Origin: Octopus vulgaris
Lineage: Eukaryota
Reading direction: 5' to 3'
Assembly: GCA_951406725.2 (NCBI GenBank)
Contig: OX597830.1
Coordinates: forward strand, 62,868,001-62,932,000
Length of the DNA: 64,000 bases
The notes under the pieces are model-generated. The model ran no database searches. It had not been told where the DNA came from and saw nothing but the letters and a program-made list of their open reading frames with translations. Of the stretch, positions 1-11,523 are shown in pieces. Positions within the stretch are counted from its first letter, which is position 1. The number at the start of each line of letters is the position of its first letter. A program made the translations under genes and the position numbers.

Positions 1-316
1 GAAAGAGAAAGTGAGATGGAAATGAGAGATGAAGAGAAATAAAGAGAAAGAGGGGAGAGAGAATAAGAGAAAGAGAATTAGAGAGAGAGGAAAGAGAAAT
101 GAAGAATCAGAGAGAGAGAGGGATTAAGAGAGGGAGAATGACAGAAAGAGCAGAGAGAGAGGGAGAGAAAAAGATATAGTAAGAGTGGAGGGAAATGAGA
201 GATGAGAATGAGAGAGAAAGCAGGGAAAGAGGCAAAAAGAATATGAGAAAGGATGAGAGAGAAAGAGAGGGAAAGATAGAAAGAGAGGAAGAGATGATGA
301 GAGTGAGAGAGAGAGC
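1..316. repeat. GA-rich polypurine low-complexity tract
   Basis: Degenerate (GA)n/(GAAA)n, almost purine-only on the + strand. Confidence 0.9.
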
Positions 317-637
317 ATTACTCTCATAATCAGATTATTATGAAATCTCTCCTTACGCTGGCACCAACACCATAACTTAAAGTACATACACGCACACACA
401 CATACATACACACATATATGCACACGCATGCAAACACACACACACACACAGGTAAAGCGTTGCATTCAGATAACCAATGTTAATCATATATTGGTACATG
501 CACACAGATGGTATAGCTATAGGCTCACCTTTGGAATTTGACAGAAACTGTGTTAATATATATAGTTTCTTTAAGAAAATCAATAGTTGTACATACTTAG
601 GTGCATACATAAATTTACATATGCTTATGAATATACT

Positions 638-672
<35 letters not shown>

Positions 673-824
673 TCATGCACCTTCACACATATACTGATGT
701 ATGCACACACAAACTATGTATATATATATATATATGTGTATGTATATATATGTATATATATACATACATATATATATGCATGTGTGTATGCGCTCACACA
801 CACACACATATATGTATGTATGTA

Positions 825-885
<61 letters not shown>

Positions 886-1022
886 ATCTGGGTAGGCAGT
901 AGCTCATCATGAAATACTATGTCAAAATATTTTGGCAACCAACAACATCTATCTATCTGTCTGTCTATCTATCTATCTATCTTTCTTTCTATCTATATAC
1001 ACAAAGGACATTTTCATTTTTC

Positions 1023-1093
1023 CAAGCATCAAACTAACACACGTGCTTGTGGTTCACACACCTGTCTTCGTCTTTTATTTTTCTATAGATTTC

Positions 1094-1127
<34 letters not shown>

Positions 1128-1280
1128 CAAGTCTACAGATAATATAAAACGAAGACAGGTGAGGGAGTAACAAGCAGGTGTATTAGTTTGAGGCTCTGGA
1201 AGAATGGAACAGTCTAACTTTTTGAGCCTAGCTCTTCAACAGAAAGGGTTGAGGGGGGAAAAAAGGGAGAGAGAAAAAAA
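1023..1280. mobile_element. Two tail-to-tail inverted copies of a Penelope-like terminal-repeat fragment around a (TA)n tract
   Basis: 1023-1098 (caaactaacacacgtgcttg...acctgtcttcgtcttt...ttcaacta) is the reverse complement of 1123-1195. The same family is at 56800-56975, where a hammerhead-like core is visible. Confidence 0.55.
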
Positions 1281-1601
1281 TGTGTAGGGATTAATGGTTC
1301 GAAAGAAGACCGTTGTATATATGTATATATATCTATGTGTGTGTGTCTTTATGTCTATGTTTGTCCCCCACCACCTCTTGTCAACCAGTGCTAGCATGTT
1401 TATGTCCTTGTAGCTCAACAGTTCTGCAAAAAAGGACCGATAGAATAAGTACTAAATTTTGAAAAATTTTGGGGTCGATACATTCGACTAAAAATTTTTC
1501 AAGGTAGTGCCCCAGCTTGGCTGCAGTCTAATGGCTGAAACAAGAAAAAGATATATAAATATATATATATACATATGTATGTATGTATATATAAATTAGA
1601 G

Positions 1602-1784
1602 AAAAAACACTATTATATAATTGAAACAATGATAGACGTAAATCATACCATATAGAAAAAATAAAATATATGATAAAACATTTACCTAGATCACAATAAA
1701 GTACATAATATGTACTTTATTATGTACTTTATTGTGATCAAGGTAAATGTCTATCATTGTTTGAATTACATAATAGTGTTTTTT
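1602..1784. repeat. Foldback (nested inverted repeat), probably Penelope-derived
   Basis: aaaaaacactattatataattgaaacaatgatagac pairs with gtctatcattgtttgaattacataatagtgtttttt. Inner acatttacctagatcacaataaagtacataa pairs with ttatgtactttattgtgatcaaggtaaatgt. Confidence 0.75.
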
Positions 1785-2114
1785 AATACTTTAATATAAT
1801 AAAATTGAATTTTTCCCTGTAAGTTTGGAGTTATACTCCCTAATAATATTGTTATTATTATATTATATATATATAACATCTTTTTATCTTTTACTTGTTT
1901 CAGTCATTTAGACTGTAGTCAAGCTGAGGCACTACCTTGAAGAATTTTAATTGAACGCATCAACTCTATGACTTATATTTTTAAACCTGGAACTTATTCT
2001 ACATGTCTTCTATATTGAACCGCTAGGTAACAAGGATGTAAATACACCACCACCGGTTGTCAGGAAGTAGTGGTGGACAAACTCAAGCACAAACACACAC
2101 AGATTATATATATA

Positions 2115-2348
2115 CAGGATGGCCCAGAAGTAGGTTTACAGTTATCACGAAGGCACTTTAAATTTCTTTTGAAAGATTTTATTACATTTAAATTTCTATC
2201 TTACAAACTGAAAAGGGAGCTTGACAAAATTAACTAAATTAGCATAGAATAATGGTTTCATAATTTTTTTATAATTAAGATCTAAACTTAATATATGAAT
2301 GCGAAAGAGAGAGTTGAATAACTGTAAACCTACTTTTGGGTCAACCTG
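2115..2348. mobile_element. Tc1/mariner-type MITE
   Basis: ~30-bp TIRs caggatggcccagaagtaggtttacagttat / ataactgtaaacctacttttgggtcaacctg, TA on both sides. Confidence 0.85.
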
Positions 2349-2422
2349 TATATATGTATAAGTATATGTATGTATGTATGTATGTATCTATATATATATA
2401 TATATATATTTTTTTTTTTTTT

Positions 2423-2710
2423 CCGACCAGACTATCAGATGTTGCTGCACATCGCTGGTCACAATGCGCTTTGCATTGTTTTAGCCTTCAAATGACGCCA
2501 CCCCGCTGGCTAAGCGAGCAGGCCAACAGAAGAAAGAGTGAGAGAAAGTTGTGGCGAAAGAGTACAGCAGAGACCGCCACCAATCCCTGCTGGAGCCTCG
2601 TGGAACTTTTAGGTATTTTCGCTCAATAAACACATACAACACCCGGTCTGGGAATCGAAACCGCGATCCTATGACCGCGAGTCCGCTGCCCTAACCACTG
2701 GGCCATTGCG
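2423..2710 (-). mobile_element. tRNA-derived SINE (family D) with poly(A) tail
   Basis: Minus strand begins cgcaatggcccagtggttagggcagcggactc...ggtttcgattccc (A/B boxes) and ends in an A-run (T-run 2409-2422 on +). Confidence 0.75.
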
Positions 2711-3544
2711 TATATATATATATATATACTACAGGTTTTTTCCATTTTTGTCTATCAAATTACCCACAACGTTTTATTCAACCTGAGGTAATAGTAGAAG
2801 ACACTTGCTCAGTGGGATTGAACCAGGAATGATATGGTTGAGAAGCAAACTTCTTACCACACAGCCATGCCTGTGCCTATAGATAGATAGATAGATCAAT
2901 AGAGAGAGAGGGAGAGAGAAAGCTATTTTGGCTAAAAGTCGTCATTCAATGGTCGAGGTAAATATCTGAAGCTTTAAGAAACGGAACTAGTAATTTAATA
3001 ATCACAGCATTTAATAATGAAAACACTTTGCAGATATGTCTAATATTTACAAGTCCACTCACACTATACTTAATCCCCAGCAAAAGGTAGGATTTATTCC
3101 TTTCTTATATAATGCTCAATACGTAACTCTTTCTGGTGTTTCAAACACAGCACGTGACTGCAATGGCATTACACGCAATATATACAATGAGGTCGATTGG
3201 GAAGCACGTGACACTGCATCTGTCAAGCACAAAAGTTTTAAGCTATTTACTGAATTATGTAACAAGTTTTATATATTAGTATTTTGTTAATGAATTGGAA
3301 ATCACTTGGCTTTTATGTTGAATAATTAGTTCTTATAGATTTAGTGTGTGTAGACACTGCTTACTTAGTGTACTTAAGTGTTTTGCACCTGGTAACACCT
3401 TCAGATCTCCAGTGAGCCCACGCCATATTATTGATTTCAGCCTTTTCTGATGATTGCCAGAGTTATATGGTTATATAAACTCCTGGTATGAAACCCACTG
3501 GTAAAGTGGATGATTTGAGAATATACTATTTTAAAATGATGATG

Positions 3545-3581
<37 letters not shown>

Positions 3582-3595
3582 TAATAATAATAATA

Positions 3596-4152
3596 AATGC
3601 CCTGATGTAGTACCAGGCAGTGGCTCTCATGGCTTCTGATCTTAACTGATTGGAAGTGTTATCATGTACATTGTTTTGTCTTGAAATAAAAGATGGGCTA
3701 CAGCAAATATTCTGCTCAATACCACAGATTTGCTTGTCAGTTGTTTGACCTTAACCAGTTGAGCATGTCCCTTAGTGGCTGACGATATGTGCATCTCTGA
3801 TCACGAGCAGAAGTAGTGGGGGAGCATCATAGCCATGTGTTGAGAAGGATTCTTTGGGGTTTGAATAATTCACCTCTGGAAACATGGGTGTTTCGTTCAA
3901 CGTCCTTAAACAACCCTTATTCAGGGACCTTTTGAGCGGGATGGGTTACTCGATCTGAAGAAAATTCTAACTGGGCTCCACCTGCAAGGTCATGTGCTGT
4001 TTATCTTGATATGAGATCACCATGTCGCGCACATATGGTTGTGATGCATGTGCCTGGTGTACCCTTATCAGACGGGTAGTCATGATGGGTATACTGGGCT
4101 TCGTATATTTTACCCCAGTGTCACTTTGATGGCATGCTCTGCTCGCTCACTC
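3596..4152 (-). mobile_element. ~550-bp interspersed repeat inserted in (AAT)n, possibly a non-autonomous R4/Dong-related element
   Basis: Flanked by (AAT)n on both sides. Its end (gggcttcgtatatt..taccccagtgtcactttgatggcatgc..ctcactcaataa) recurs at 13295-13357. Orientation is inferred. Confidence 0.5.
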
Positions 4153-4171
4153 AATAATAATAATACTAATA

Positions 4172-4439
4172 ATAAGCAGTTGTGGTCACTGAAAAAGGTG
4201 GTAGTAGTACCAATAATTGTTGGAGCCCTGGGAACAGTGAGTAAAAATCTTGAGAAGTACATGGAACAAATAGGGGCTGCAGTAAGGGTGGAGCACTTGC
4301 AGAAAACAGCACTACTTGGAACCGCTCGAATACTTCAGATGATGCTTGAAAAATAAGAGGTGTTACCTTAGTTCACTAGTAGTGAACAGCTGACACCATA
4401 GTACATCTCTAGCATTAGAAGCTGTGCAAAGAGTATGAA

Positions 4440-4440
<1 letters not shown>
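4172..4440 (+). mobile_element. 3' end of an R4/Dong-like non-LTR retrotransposon (restriction-like endonuclease C-terminus)
   Basis: KQLWSLKKVVVVPIIVGALGTVSKNLEKYMEQIG...LQKTALLGTARILQ* followed by a short UTR and (AAT)n. Confidence 0.75.
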
Positions 4441-4481
<41 letters not shown>

Positions 4482-4680
4482 CCTTTCTACTATAAGCACA
4501 AGACCTGAAATTTTGGGGGGAGGGACTAGTCGATTACATTCACTGGTACTTAATTTATTGACCCAGAAAGGTTGAAAGACAAAGTGAACCTCAGCAGAAT
4601 TTGAACTCAGGATGTAAAGATGGACGAAAGGCCACAAAGCATTTCACCCAGCATGCTAATGATTCTACCAGCTCACCACC

Positions 4681-4682
<2 letters not shown>

Positions 4683-4777
<95 letters not shown>

Positions 4778-4783
4778 TAATAA
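4683..4783. repeat. (AAT)n microsatellite
   Basis: Direct reading. Confidence 0.95.
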
Positions 4784-4794
4784 TCCTTTCTACA

Positions 4795-5614
4795 GAATTA
4801 TGGACCTCTATATCTGACTCCAAGAAAACGAACATTGGAGTATAAGAACAGCCGCAAGAGAGGTAAGCCCTGTTCATTGTGCAACAACATGAGTCAAGTG
4901 AATTCCATCAGGAATCATAACAGAAATGTTATGATTTATACAGAAGGTGGAACATGTAAAGATTCCCATTTGGTGTATGCGGCTGAATGCACAAAACACA
5001 ACTTAATTTATGTTGGTTGCACAACAGAACAATTAAACAAAAGGTTTAATGGGCACAGATTCGATGTCAGGCACAATAACAGCAGTTTGACAGAACTTGC
5101 TGAACATTTTGTTTCAAGCGGCTGCAATTTTGAAGAAGACTTGAAAGTGCATATTCTAAGAAAATATTCTGAATCTGCTTCACTTTCACTTCTCAGAATG
5201 TATGAGGAGAAATATGTTTGCAGGTTATTAACATCACGTCCTGAAGGAATGAATAAGTTGAGTGAAGAATATCCTCAAATTTATACAAAACTGTTTGATT
5301 AAATATTCTTCTTTCTCTCTTTTTCTTCCCTTTTTTTCTGTTGTCTTCTTTTTTCTGTCTTTTTCTTTTCGCCTGTTATAAAATTGTAACTTAAAAACTG
5401 ATGATGTCATTCCATCAACGTGTGGATACTGGTTGCTCTCGTTCATACTTTACGTTTAAATTTCTGTAATTTTGAATTTTTATCACTTCTTATTTTGAAC
5501 TTGACAAAGACAGACGTACTGTTGAAATATCGTTCAACTAATAAAGTATCTTACAATCGAATTGTGCTCTTTGTCTTGACTGTTTATCTTTGTGTTACAT
5601 CAATCCTTTTTAAA

Positions 5615-5615
<1 letters not shown>
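4795..5615 (+). mobile_element. 5'-truncated Penelope-like element: GIY-YIG endonuclease ORF (4835-5302) plus 3' terminal repeat
   Basis: CSLC...TCKDSHLVYAAECTKHNLIYVGCTTEQLNKRFNGHRFD...LAEHF...PEGMN matches the PLE GIY-YIG pattern (VY..C..C..YVG.T...L..R...H). A hammerhead lies in the 3' region and (AAT)n flanks the element. Confidence 0.85.
5495..5537 (+). ncRNA. Minimal type I hammerhead ribozyme (U3-A8 variant) in the Penelope terminal repeat
   Basis: TTGAAC [TTGACAA]A GACAG-acgta-CTGTT [GAAA] TA [TC] GTTCAA: 6-bp stem I, 5-bp stem II, palindromic ATAT stem III, cleavage triplet AUC. Confidence 0.65.
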
Positions 5616-5652
<37 letters not shown>

Positions 5653-5739
5653 GTCGCTCCTGTTTTTTTTCAATGGATGGATGTTTGAAGCAGAGGACTT
5701 AAAGCTAAAGAGAGTAATAGAAAAAAAAAAAGCTAAGAA

Positions 5740-7015
5740 GCTGCATCTATTTGCATTGGATGCATGAATGTAGTCTGAGTCCAGGAATGGATTTTGCTAT
5801 GAAGTCGCAATGGAGACATTGAATGATTTTGATTTTGCCTGCAGTTGGGCAAGTGTGTCTGTTGGTTGCAGGATATAATTCTTCTGTTGTTCTTTTTCTT
5901 CATCTCAAATTGTTTGGATGCATTGGGACACATTTTACGCCACACTGATCGATCTACGCAATGACTTTCCCGAGATGTCAGGTTAAGCTGTTGAGAGTTT
6001 AGTGATTGCTTCAACTTATCCTTGTACCCAAAGACAGGTCTTCCTTTGTCGCAATATATTCTCCACTTGTTTGTTATACAGAAGAATTTTGGGAATGCTA
6101 TCATTTTTCATTTCATTTGAACAACATGTCCTCCCCATCCGCACTGAATTCTCATCAGCATGCTTTGGATACTGGAGATATCACATTTTGCTAAGATTCT
6201 GGCATTGGATATCCTATCTTGCCTATCTTTTATGTAGCATATGTTGCACAAACAGTACATGTGAAAGGTTTCAAGTTTCTTTATAGTCTGTAGTAAGGAG
6301 TCCATGCTTCTGTCTCACATACAAGTCTGCTCAAAATACAAGATTTGTAAACACTTATTTTAGTTTTCAGACCAACATCGTGTTAATCTCACAAACGATG
6401 GGAAAGTTTTCCAAAAGCACTTATAGCCTTAGATATTCTAACATTTATTTCATCATCAAGAGGACTCTTAAAGTTTACTGTATTTCCAAGATATTTAAAT
6501 GACTTGACCCATTTGAGTGGCTTGTTGTCTATCATCACGTTTGAGTTTTGAGTTTGTCCTGCCTCAGGCCTTGGTTGGAATTAAACTTCAGTCTTCTTGA
6601 TGATGACAGTCAGTCCAAATGCACGAGCTGCTGCATCCAACCTGTTGACCATTTCCTGAATTCCCTGAATATGTGTGAGAAATCAAAGCATAACCATCAA
6701 CAAACAGACTCTCATGCAGGACCTCTTCCTTGGTCTTTCTCATTGATCTGAAACTCTGCCCTTTCAGCTTTAATAGACCTCCTCTGTGCGAAACCGGAAT
6801 TTTACACCTTCATGGTCACCCTAACCCTAACCCTGAAAATCATGTTGGAGCATCATTGAAAAGAATATGGAAAATAGTAGAAGGACTAAAACACATTCCT
6901 GTTTGGTTCTAGTGGCAACAGAAAATGCCTCTGAACATTCACTACAAAATATTACTTTTGCCATCATTCTTTTATGTGGGGATACTGTAAATTTTTGTAG
7001 TGGTCCAACTCTCAT
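5740..7015 (-). mobile_element. Decayed RTE-clade LINE (RT and 3' domain)
   Basis: Minus-strand fragments TKQECVLVLLLFSIF (cf. GVKQGCVLAPTLF) and GRPVFGYKDKLKQSL...DRSVWRKMC, with many stops and frameshifts. Confidence 0.75.
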
Positions 7016-8850
7016 TTCTAGTGGATAGGCACTTTAATGTGTCCTTATGGTTAATATAATTTTACTTCTATAGTTATATAATGCTTATTTAGGACTGCAA
7101 CCACCCATACTAATATTGTTGTTATTATAAAACTATTTGTATTGTCTTCGATAATAATAACAATATTAATATCTATATAAGTATAGTGAGTTGGTCACTA
7201 CTTCAATGAAAGATCCACTGATCACCATAAGAAAACGATTGCATGTGGTATGATGAGAAAATGTTCATGGAGAGGTGGTAGCTTGTTGATAACTGTGTCT
7301 GTGTGTTCGTTCAATAGTAATTGGTATACAGAGACAGATGGACAGAACTCAACTTGCTCAATAGTAAAGTTTATTCACAGCAGTGGGTTAACTACAATGT
7401 AAATGCCTTGTATAAGATTTCTGTAAAGAAGTTGTGTTTTACAGAGATGTCTATAGTGTGATAGCGGTGAATGAATGCGTGAAGACATTAGATGTACTTT
7501 GTGTATATAGAAAGGGACTTGATAGAAATGTTTCTAGAAAACATGAGAGATAACAGCATTGAGTTTGGTCGATACTGCTGGCGCACGTGGTCAAAGAATT
7601 GTTCTTGTGTTAGAGATGTCAGCACAAATGCGATAGAACCAAGCCACAAGCTGGGAGCCCTTAGAGAAAGGAAGTGAAGGAACTCAATTAAACATGGCCA
7701 CAGCCACATTTATATAAGTGACTATCGGACGTAGTAGAGGGAACCTGTTTATTTAGCCAATCACAGACCAAACAGAGCTGAAAACTTATTGTATTGTTTG
7801 AGCCTACTTTGAGATTAAAAATATATGTGTTAAACTAATGCTAGTACAGACATGCTACATAAATATTCGCTTCTGAATATTTCTGCTGCTGATATATATA
7901 CTTTCATCTATCAGAAATATATTTTGTTTTTAACTAGCAGAGAGTCTCGCTGGAATTGCACCAGTCTTAACTTTCGTAGTGCTTAAGAAAAAAAAACAAC
8001 TTTTAAATCAAACCATTTTTTGTCCTCATTTTCTTAATCATTAATCTACAATTTCAACAAAGATGGCTAAGAACTAAGAAGCTATGGTTATGTTAGTCAC
8101 TTTGCAATCATGTAGTTTACAGTTTAGTCCCACTGTGTAGCACTTTGGACGAGTATTTTCCACTATAGTCCCAGGCTGACCAATGCTTTGTGAGTGAATT
8201 TGGTTGATGGAAACTGTGTGGAAACCCGTCAAATACATGAGCATATGGTGATGTATCTGTCTTTACATTTGTCCCTCTCAACTACTTGACAACCAGTGTT
8301 AGTCTGTTTACCTCCCTGTAACGTAGCGGTATGTATGTGTGCGTGTGTGTGTATGTGTTATTGTGTTTGTATTTGTCCACCACCATCGCTTGCCAACTGG
8401 TGTCAGTTTCTGTATGTCCCAGTACGAATAAGTACCAGGCTTACAAAAAAAGAAAAGAAAGAAATAGGTACTAGAGTCGATTTTTTCCAGCTAAAAAAAT
8501 CCAAGGCAGGGATCTTTTCCTTTTGAACGGCACTTTTCAACACAATTTCTAGTTAACTAAACACTTTAAAACTTCGTATACTGGTAGAATGTGTCAAAAT
8601 AAAACATTTTTTTCTCTTGGCTTTCTTGAGAAAATTGTAATTTGTTTGTTTAACGTAGTTTAATTTTTTGAATTTTAACCAATCCTATGCTCTCTTTTGA
8701 GCTAAAATCATTTGCTGCATCTAAATTTTAGCCTTTCGTTTTTTTTTCTTAATTGTTATCCTTAAATTAATTTAAGGATAACAATTAAGAAAAAAAAAAC
8801 GAAAGGCTAAAACGAAAGCAATGGAAAATAATTTTAATTTAACAATTAAG

Positions 8851-10062
8851 GGATCTTTTCCTTTTGATGGACAGAATTTTCTAGTTAACTAAACAATTTG
8901 AAACTTTGTATACTTGTAGAATGTGTCAAAAGAAAATATTATTGTAAACAAAATTGAAAACAAAATTGTAATTTGTAAGTTTAACGTAGTTTAATTCTTC
9001 GAATTTTAACCAATGAAATGCCAGCATTTCAGCTCAAATCATTTGCTGCGTTATTGATATTGATAAACAAACATAGCAGACGCAGGCCGCATACACACAC
9101 ACACATATATTCAGATACATACACACGTACACTTGCACACACACACACACACACACACACACTCTCTGTCACTCTCTCTCTCTCTCTCAAACACATGCAT
9201 ATACATTTGCACAAGCACATAGTAATTAATATATAAGCGTACACACACATACAAACGGAGATATACATACGCACACATACGCACACAAGCATACTTACAC
9301 GTTCGTGAGTTTGCACTGGTGTCGATAGAATCGACTTAATACTTTTGTATCTCATGCTTTGTCCCCTCTGTGTTTTGCCCCTTGCTGCAACAAATTTACA
9401 CAAAGGTAAATAAACCAGAAGGGGGGGTCAATGTTTCATCGTTTCGGGGTCGATAAATTAAGTACCAATTACTCACTGGTGTCGAAGATTTTTTCCCCAA
9501 TTTATATCACAGTCTCCGACAAGCTGAGGCATCCTTTTATGAAAAAAATATTTCGCAAATTTTTACAATACGACCCACACTCCATGCGCACCCTCTAGAC
9601 CGATTTAGGCATGTTATTGTTTTGTTTTTGTTGTTTCTGGCCCTTCAAAACCATGGGAGAAGCCTTTTCGGTAAAAAAAATAAAGAAAATATTCAAAAAA
9701 TATCGTTAATATTTTCGTTGGGCGACGAAATTCATCGATTTAAGAGATATAGCTGTTATTTCTAGCACATGCAGAAGACAGAAGACAGAAGAGAGAAGGA
9801 TGAACAACACGTGTGTGTGTGTGCTGTTTACGTTGCAAGAGGATATTGTCTGAGTTTTTAGACGCAGCAAATGATTTGAGCTGATATGCTGGCATTTCAT
9901 TGGTTAAAATTCGAAGAATTAAACTACGTTAAACTTACAAATTACAATTTTGTTTTCAATTTTGTTTACAATAATGTTTTCTTTTGACACATTCTACCAG
10001 TATACGAAGTTTCAAATTGTTTAGTTACCTAGAAAATTCCGTCCATCAAAAGGAAAAGATCC
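8851..10062. mobile_element. Long-TIR non-autonomous DNA transposon (Merlin-like), nested inner element
   Basis: GGATCTTTTCCTTTTGATGGAC...GTCCATCAAAAGGAAAAGATCC, TIRs ~200 bp, perfect 8-bp TSD caattaag (8843-8850, 10063-10070). Confidence 0.9.
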
Positions 10063-10178
10063 CAATTAAGAAAAAAAAAACGAAAGCAAAAACTCAAAAC
10101 AAAAACAAAACGAATAATTTTAGACACATGCGTAACAATTAAATTAACAATTAAGGAAAAAAAAGCGAAAGGCTAAAA

Positions 10179-10232
10179 TTTAGGGTTAGGGTTAGGGTTA
10201 GGGTGAGGGTTAGGGTTAGAGTTAGGGTTAGT
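10179..10232 (+). repeat. Interstitial telomeric repeat (TTAGGG)n inside the MITE
   Basis: ttagggttagggttagggttagggtgagggttagggttagagttagggttag. Confidence 0.9.
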
Positions 10233-11137
10233 GACACGATGTTGTCTCAGTTTTTAGACGCAGCAAATGATTTTAGCTCAATAGAGGCCTTAGGATTGGT
10301 TAAAATTCGAAAAATTAAACTACGTTAAACTTTCTCAAGAAAGCCAAGAGAAAAAAAATGTTTTATTTTGACACATTCTACCAGTATACGAAGTTTAAAA
10401 GTGTTTCGTTAACTAGAAATTGTGTTGAAAAGTGCCGTTCAAAAGGAAAAGATCCTAAGGCAGTGCTCTAGCATGGCCGTCGTCCAATGATCAGAAACAA
10501 AAGATCAAAGCTAAATCTTAAAGACGAGATGATCTCAGTTGGAACAGTCCAGTCACAGATCAGTCCGGTGAAGGTTGGCCTTGAACTAAAACAACAACAA
10601 CAACAACGGCGGCGACGATGATGTCCACAATAACAACAACAAAAGCAATATCTATAGAAAGGCATCCAAACACCTACTCAAATCCAAACCGTAGCCTATG
10701 TTATTTTAAGTATTTTTAAGCCATCATTTTATAAATAATACTTTCTCTGATATCATTAAATCGATATAAAGTCAATACGAAAACACTATGTTTTTAAATG
10801 TACTTTAGCCATAAGCCTTTTACGTTCATATATCGAAATATCAATTTGTGTCTTTCTCTACAACCAACAACTTCCATCTTATACTTCCTCAAGTAACTTA
10901 CTCACATGTTCACAAACACACACAACCCGACAAATACACAAACTCTCTCTCTCTCTCACACACACACACACAAGACCTCATAAACTCCACCTAGTTTATA
11001 ATTCTACTTCCTATTAATATATGTTTGTGTCCCATATTTTCCAAACTCAACGATAGGAAATTAATTTAACGAACTCGACGAACGCCGAAATTGATCACGT
11101 TTTTACTACTACTATTGACAATAATGATGATGATGAT

Positions 11138-11362
11138 GGGCAGAAGCGTTAGCACGCCGGGCGGAATGCGTAGCCGTATTTCGTCTGCGTTACGTTGTGA
11201 GTTCAATTTCCGCCGAGGTCGACTTTGCCTTTCATCCTTCCGGGGTCGATAAATTAAGTACCAGTTACGCACTGGGGTCGATGTAATCGACTTAACCCGT
11301 TTGTCTGTCCTTGTTTGTCCTCTCTATGTTTAGCCCCTTGTGGGCAATAAAGAAAAAAAAAA
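11138..11362 (+). mobile_element. tRNA-derived SINE family B (Meta/MESC-like central domain)
   Basis: ...gagttcaa.ttccgccgaggtcgactttgcctttcatccttccggggtcgataaattaagtaccag...gccccttgtgggcaataaagaaa, many copies in the window. Confidence 0.8.
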
Positions 11363-11523
11363 GGTATAGCTTTCTTAAGCTATACGCAAACAAACCAGTG
11401 GAGACGAGAAACATTTATCAAAGGTTTATTACTTTACGTACATCAGGGCTTAAGTCGTCAGTTATTTCTGTTTAGTTCACTCAGATTCGTTTCACACTCA
11501 CTGTTGACATTCTTTTGTTTTCC

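Larger units (their letters stand above)
8510..10455. mobile_element. Long-TIR non-autonomous DNA transposon (Merlin-like), outer element, inserted in a SINE
   Basis: GGATCTTTTCCTTTTGAACGGCAC...GTGCCGTTCAAAAGGAAAAGATCC, TIRs ~200 bp, TSD caaggcag/taaggcag (7/8), internal (TTAGGG)n at ~10179-10232. Confidence 0.85.

Noticed and set aside
357-547. Two possible 19-nt minus-strand microexons (529-547 and 357-375) with GTGAGC and GTAAGG donors
   Set aside because: Acceptors are weak, no recognisable protein results in any frame, and there is no support without RNA-seq.
124-1147. Numerous ORFs rich in CV, HT, YI and LS dipeptides, here and throughout the window
   Set aside because: They are translations of (CA)n, (TA)n, (GA)n and (TCTA)n microsatellites, not genes.
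3034-3485. Possible + strand exons (3034-3086, 3441-3485) and a C-box-like TGATGA
   Set aside because: No recognisable homology, and no D box or terminal stem for a snoRNA.
6820-6835. ccctaaccctaaccct telomere-like run
   Set aside because: Fewer than three units inside a decayed RTE coding region; likely slippage.
7117-7970. LTR-like unique-looking segment
   Set aside because: Could not define TG...CA ends with a TSD.
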